Shown here in pieces: positions 58,601 through 62,849 of a stretch of 62,849 nt of DNA. Made by a program: the position numbers and the translations under genes. Each line of letters begins with the position of its first letter. The first letter of the stretch is position 1. This DNA is from a virus (Duplodnaviria; Caudoviricetes). A model generated the notes under the pieces. It ran no database searches and was not told where the DNA came from. It was given only the letters and a program-made list of their open reading frames with translations. The stretch spans positions 1-62,849 of the IMG/VR virus record IMGVR_UViG_3300020451_001669; one strand, written 5' to 3'.

Positions 58601-59587
58601 ACTGGCGGTCTTTACTCTTCTCCGGAGGGTGATACAATTTTCCGCGTTCAAACTAATGCGGGAGACGACTATCTAAGATTTAATGCCACTTCAAACCTTA
58701 CGATGGTCATGCAAGTGAATGCCACGAACTTGCAGTTGCATAACAATACGCCGATTGTTTTCAAGTCGGCATCAACCAATGCAGCGGACGGCGTTTCGCT
58801 CAGAGCAAGCGGAACGATCTCATCTAGCTACACGATAACCCTGCCGGGCTCCGGACCTGCTGCGTCAGGCAACATACTCTATAACACTGGATCAGGAACA
58901 ATGGCATGGGGTAGCCATAACAACTTGTCTGGCCTAACAACCGGCGACCCTCATACTCAGTATGTAACAAAAAGCCCAACCTCGACATCCAGGAACCTTA
59001 TAACTGCAGGAAACTCTACAACTATACCTCTTACTGTTCGAGCGAATGCAACGCAGGCTGTTGATGTCTTTGTTGTCGAGAATAGCGGAGGCACTAACTA
59101 CCTAACTATTGACAATGGTGGAGATGCCACCTTCTCGCAGGATGTCATTATTACCGGAGACCTAACTGTCAATGGCACCACGACGACCGTAAATACGACG
59201 GAACTCATTGTCGAGGACAATATCATCGTTGTAAACTCGGCTGGTACCGTTCAGAACGCCGGTCTTGAAGTAGAAAGAGGGGCCAGCGCCAATGCCTCGA
59301 TCTTCTACAACGAGACCTCAGATGAATGGTTCGTCGATAATGCAAGTGTCAGCCTGCAGATTGCACGCAAGTATGTCGATACATCAACGATAGTCGGAGA
59401 CTCGTCTACGGACACGTGGGATATTACGCACAACATGGGTACGTCTGACGTTATAGCGGTAGTTTATGACTCAAGTGACAACCAGGTTGAGACAGAGATT
59501 GTTATTACGGACTCAAATACCGTAACGGTCAACTTTGCCAAGCCTCCTGCGACATCAGTTACCTATCGAGTCGTTGTAGTAGGATAA
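55616..59587 (+). CDS. Long fibre-like protein with internal repeats
   Basis: Three LDDL.DVVIT.PANPSYLRYNGSNWIDV repeats, five DHGS..GL.DDDH.QY repeats, GDLTVNGTTTTVNT. Confidence 0.8.
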   Translation: MASRSFFADINLDQNELQFAVLHSLASAPSSGTEVEGQIYYDTGSNTPFFWNGSAWTSMSSAAASSVPWSGVTSGTNTNQTLVVGSNTIFLIGDGTLEFEGAGAGDMTLGTNLTGATDRTVNLPDVSATSTLIASSDTPAADQFVVATGSTEGIVEYRVIANSDIAGILALDDLTDVVITSPANPSYLRYNGSNWIDVTAATVASDVNGSLDHGSLTGLTDDDHSQYVYDSPTSSSRNLVTAANATTIPLTLRGASSHSAELFVVENSGGTDLFFIAADGDLTARGSIKGGGSAGTADSTAFILDNSGIGGGPRTFTFPNSSGEIITNNAAQNISGTKTFGSQDIRFESLVSSSHGWTFSTSKSSGNFDLLTVPPISTAATLLATADGSVTAGEFAVASNTTVGEITFRDLQSSDLPAISLDDLSDVVITTPANPSYLRYNGSNWIDVAESQIVTDIESSIDHGSIAGLSDDDHTQYVITSPSVSTRNVIESSSNSLIGLSLEYDVASSSAAYRPWFEILGDTSLSANLFSVGIGTSGYQVLITDATLTVDGASTFGSTVVINDVTTHNARVDIDDNSTVRFYDDDDSNYVAIDVPSAVTSNYTLTFPDAGPPGANYVLMADASGDFSWVDGSGVAVSDHGSLSGLGDDDHTQYHTDARALTWLGTRSTSDLPEGTNLYYTDERVDDRVASLIQDGTGITWTYDDGANTLTGNVSLASFSLDDLSDVDTSGASTNDLLQLNGSGTWVPIDPSTVGVTDHGSLSGLSDDDHAQYIIDDPANSSRNVIDPTADDTTSLTVQASGNSGSASFNILEVNNSAGSNLFAIQDLSNSYYAEFDSTLDGILVNATMTFLGADIELVNGSSETITIQPPASVTDWTFTLPADSGSSGEFLQTNGSGVTSWATALTSVALDDLTDVVITSPANPSYLRYNGSNWIDVAASQIVTDIESSIDHGSISGLSDDDHAQYITDAPTNDTRNQIVGNNGQRMLLDATNGTGGLYSSPEGDTIFRVQTNAGDDYLRFNATSNLTMVMQVNATNLQLHNNTPIVFKSASTNAADGVSLRASGTISSSYTITLPGSGPAASGNILYNTGSGTMAWGSHNNLSGLTTGDPHTQYVTKSPTSTSRNLITAGNSTTIPLTVRANATQAVDVFVVENSGGTNYLTIDNGGDATFSQDVIITGDLTVNGTTTTVNTTELIVEDNIIVVNSAGTVQNAGLEVERGASANASIFYNETSDEWFVDNASVSLQIARKYVDTSTIVGDSSTDTWDITHNMGTSDVIAVVYDSSDNQVETEIVITDSNTVTVNFAKPPATSVTYRVVVVG

Positions 59588-59591
59588 AAGA

Positions 59592-62390
59592 ATGCCATCG
59601 AGACCATTCTTTGCGGACATCAAGTTTGATGCGGACAATCTGCTCATAGCCTATGGAGAAGGATCTCCCGAATCTTCTAAGGCAGCAGATGTTTCATCAC
59701 TGTATTTGCGCTCCGATGCAACCGATTCGGCAACCAGTCTTTATATCAAAGATTCAGGAACAGGCAATACCGGATGGACCCCTGTTGCCGTAATACCATC
59801 CGGAGCTTCTGCCGGAATGGTTCCATTTTTGGCTTCAGATGGCAACCTTGGGGTTGAATCTGTAGGAGCTTTTTACTGGGACGCATCTAACGATAGACTT
59901 GGCATCAACACAAGCAGCCCTCAAACGGCTCTTCATGTATTTGACAACGGAGCCTTTACCTCTCGGTTGATTTTCCAGACCACTACTACCTCGAACGCTC
60001 CTGGCGTTCAGTTGCAATGGGACGGAGCAGGCACTCGCCGAGTCCTCATGAGAGGTATAACGGTTGGAACTCTTGGCGCTGCCATAGAGTTCTATGCCAA
60101 GCCGGATTCTGCTACTGCTGTTCAGAACTACATGACCATCGAAGCCGATGGCGATGTTACTATCGAGGCAGGCGACCTTGTTGTTCCGAATATGACTGCT
60201 TCGGTAGAGTCTGATGTTGTCTATTATGATTCTGCTACCGGCTTGCTTAGTTACGGAACCGCCCCGTCTGGCGGAGGAGGCTCCGTAGATGGATCCGGAG
60301 CAGCAGACCAGATCGCCTATTGGGTTGATTCCGACACATTGACTGGTTCTGCTGACTTCTTGTTTGACGGATCGGTTATGACGGTTCCTTCGGATACGAC
60401 TCCGGGCAATCTTTCGATCACATTCGACGGCGACACGAACACCGGTATTCAAGGGCTAACGGGCGATCAGATTGCTATGCGAGCAGGCGGCGAGACTGTT
60501 GCCATATTCAGTTACAATGTATCTGCTCCTCAAACTCAGTTCTCTGGTAATGTTTTGGTCACAAATGGTCATGTCAATCTCAATGACCAATACGAGTTGC
60601 AGCTTCAAGAGGATGTTGCTAACGGCAATGCATATGTAGCATTCCGTGCCGCTGCCGATATGACCGCCGCATCGGGAACTTACACTCTTACGATGCCCGC
60701 TGAAACCCCGGCAGACAACCAGGTTCTTAGATGGAACAACTCAAACTCAGACTTTGACTGGGTTACGATGGCCGATGTCTTTACGGGCGGCGGTTCTTCA
60801 GGACAGGTTGCCTACTACACAGGCTCGACTGCTCTTGGAGGCGAAGCGGCTTTCGCATACGATTCGGGCACGAATATTCTTACCGTCGATACGATTTCTC
60901 TTTCTTTGGGAGCGGTAGGAACGCCCAGTTTGACTTTCCAAGGAGATACAAATACAGGTATCTATAGTCCATCCGCAGACATACTGACTATCTCTGCGGG
61001 CGGGGCCGCTATAGTTGATTTTGATAATATCAGCACTGATAAGGGGATCATTCTAAAGCAAACTGGTCATATATTTGTTGCTCCTGATCCTGTGGCCCTT
61101 ACAACGCCTACCTACACATTTGCTGCTGATACTACATCTGGTTTTGGTCGATTTCAGTCTGGCACATTCCTTGGCTGGTCCGCTATTGTTTCCAATACAA
61201 ATGTCATGTATGCGTTCGATGCTTTTGGTCAGACATTTGTTTACTTCGTTGCCGATAACATTCTCCTTGACAGTCCCGGCCCTGTCCAGCTTCAAACCGA
61301 TACTCAGTTATCTGTCGGCCCAAACTGTACGGCTTCTGTGCCTTCTATAGTGTTTGCCAACAACGCTTTAGATACGGGATTCTTTCCGGCAGGAACAGAC
61401 CTAATAGGTCTATCAGGTCAAACTGTTCATTGGTTGACTTTTGATGGGGCTAATTACGACCTGACGCTTCTTGACGAATCAACTATAACGCTATCTGATT
61501 CAGGTTCAGCGAATTCAGTTTCTCTGAAGGCGATCGGCACGATGTCTACGTCGTATACGCTTGCTTTTCCTGCTGCTGCCCCTTCAGATGGAGAAGTTCT
61601 TGAGTGGGATACGAGTTCATCAGCCTTTGTCTGGTCAACGCCTTCCGGCGGAGGTAGCGGGTCTTCTGTTGAATTTGATCTAACCCAAGTTAGTCCTACA
61701 TTGGCTCTTCTTGATGCGGTATACCATGATGGTTCTGCATGGCAAAAAGCCCAAGCAGACGATGCTGAGACCCTCGGTACTCATGTTGTCATATCGAAGA
61801 GCGGGAATGACTATACTCTCTGTCAATCAGGTCGAGTAACTGTATCAAGCCACGGCTTGACTGTTGGAGAATACTACTTTACTTCTTCTGCTTCAGCGGG
61901 AGTTCTAACTGCGACAGAGCCCTCAAACTTCAGTAACCCGTTGGTCTATGTTGAAGATGCGAATACCATCCATGTATTACCATTTAGGCCTTCGGCGATT
62001 AACCCTATCGATGACAACTTTGGCCTTATACCTATTTGGGCAGAAGAGAACTCGACGCTTTCAAGCGCAACATATGAATGGGCATTCGGCAACGGAGCCA
62101 ACATGCCCAATGACGGCGGCGTCGTAATCCCATTTGATTATGAGATTGTACACATGGGCGGCGTAAACGGCAACGCCAGCGGCACATGGACGGTTAGAGC
62201 CGAAAGAAACGGTTCTACTTTCGCGGTAGCGGCAGAGGTTTCTTTGTCTTCAGAAAGATCGGCTACTGCTACGTTTTCTGCAGGATCAAGACCCCAGGGC
62301 AATGCTGGCGATCGGTTCAATTTTTACACAGTTACTAGCTCATCGTCATCTACTCCCTGCACGGTGATCGCTTATATCAAGCCGAGGTAA
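59592..62390 (+). CDS. Fibre/spike-like structural protein
   Basis: RLGINTSSP...LHV, P.L.F.GDTNTGI repeats, YTL..P...P.D..VL.W. Confidence 0.75.
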   Translation: MPSRPFFADIKFDADNLLIAYGEGSPESSKAADVSSLYLRSDATDSATSLYIKDSGTGNTGWTPVAVIPSGASAGMVPFLASDGNLGVESVGAFYWDASNDRLGINTSSPQTALHVFDNGAFTSRLIFQTTTTSNAPGVQLQWDGAGTRRVLMRGITVGTLGAAIEFYAKPDSATAVQNYMTIEADGDVTIEAGDLVVPNMTASVESDVVYYDSATGLLSYGTAPSGGGGSVDGSGAADQIAYWVDSDTLTGSADFLFDGSVMTVPSDTTPGNLSITFDGDTNTGIQGLTGDQIAMRAGGETVAIFSYNVSAPQTQFSGNVLVTNGHVNLNDQYELQLQEDVANGNAYVAFRAAADMTAASGTYTLTMPAETPADNQVLRWNNSNSDFDWVTMADVFTGGGSSGQVAYYTGSTALGGEAAFAYDSGTNILTVDTISLSLGAVGTPSLTFQGDTNTGIYSPSADILTISAGGAAIVDFDNISTDKGIILKQTGHIFVAPDPVALTTPTYTFAADTTSGFGRFQSGTFLGWSAIVSNTNVMYAFDAFGQTFVYFVADNILLDSPGPVQLQTDTQLSVGPNCTASVPSIVFANNALDTGFFPAGTDLIGLSGQTVHWLTFDGANYDLTLLDESTITLSDSGSANSVSLKAIGTMSTSYTLAFPAAAPSDGEVLEWDTSSSAFVWSTPSGGGSGSSVEFDLTQVSPTLALLDAVYHDGSAWQKAQADDAETLGTHVVISKSGNDYTLCQSGRVTVSSHGLTVGEYYFTSSASAGVLTATEPSNFSNPLVYVEDANTIHVLPFRPSAINPIDDNFGLIPIWAEENSTLSSATYEWAFGNGANMPNDGGVVIPFDYEIVHMGGVNGNASGTWTVRAERNGSTFAVAAEVSLSSERSATATFSAGSRPQGNAGDRFNFYTVTSSSSSTPCTVIAYIKPR

Positions 62391-62396
62391 TTGCAT

Positions 62397-62744
62397 ATGG
62401 CCAGTTCAGCAGTTTCAAATGTTCTAAACAGTAGCGTTGTAGGTCTTCAATGGACTATACCTGATCCTGAAAACAGAACCTATAAGCTATTTCAGTATCT
62501 ACCCGTCAACTTTACCATAGAAGAGATATACTACGAGTTAGATAGCGGAACTTGCTCTCTCAATGTTCGCCTTGAAGCTGTTAGCGTTGGAGGCTTTTCT
62601 TCCCTCTCGGCAACTACTACAGAGCAGAGTGCTTCTGCGAGCAGTAACAACGATGCAAGCGTAGGGGAAACGCTTGATCTAGTTGTTTCCTCCGTTTCAG
62701 GAGCAGACATGCTTAGTCTAACGATCATAGGAACGGAAACCTAA
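62397..62744 (+). CDS. Small beta-rich structural protein
   Basis: Similar in pattern to the C-terminal domain of the upstream fibre protein. Confidence 0.6.
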   Translation: MASSAVSNVLNSSVVGLQWTIPDPENRTYKLFQYLPVNFTIEEIYYELDSGTCSLNVRLEAVSVGGFSSLSATTTEQSASASSNNDASVGETLDLVVSSVSGADMLSLTIIGTET

Positions 62745-62746
62745 AT

Positions 62747-62849
62747 ATGGGATTCTGGTATGCGTCCATTATAGCATCACCTCCGCCGCCACCTCCGCCT
62801 CCGCCGCCGCCGCCGCCGCCACCTCCTCCGCCTCCGCCACCGCCACCAC
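62747..62849 (+). CDS. 5' part of a poly-proline protein: MGFWYASIIAS plus at least 23 Pro (partial)
   Basis: ATG 2 nt after the upstream stop; frame open to the window end. Confidence 0.7.
   Translation, partial: MGFWYASIIASPPPPPPPPPPPPPPPPPPPPPPP

Overview
This window is a 62.8-kb piece of a large tailed dsDNA phage (Caudoviricetes) genome, almost entirely on the + strand. It starts and ends inside poly-proline coding tracts. From left to right it holds: a ~430-nt highly structured non-coding segment; nucleotide-metabolism and host-takeover genes (guaC, thyA, folA, DEDDh exonuclease, FliA/WhiG-type sigma factor, macrodomain, HNH, two DUF115/Maf-like proteins, DHH phosphoesterase, AAA ATPase, class II RNR nrdJ followed by a homing-endonuclease cassette, dUTPase); a long head module (intein-containing large terminase, ~15 uncharacterised proteins, portal fused to a DUF559 nuclease, a 1939-aa prohead protease/scaffold, capsid decoration protein, major capsid protein); a tRNA-like element with no anticodon loop; glycosyltransferases and a subtilisin; and large fibre-like structural proteins. 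I recognised no DNA polymerase, primase/helicase, tape measure or tail tube/sheath, so the genome is probably larger than the window. The best candidates for undescribed biology are (1) a K/R-x-A polyprotein-processing and FNL(K/R)(K/R) targeting code across the head module, (2) two structured ncRNAs, (3) a -1 frameshift on an A9 run in a head gene, (4) a homing endonuclease that replaced the 3' end of nrdJ, and (5) a promoter motif that may be read by the phage sigma factor. All family calls come from motifs recognised by eye; no searches were run.
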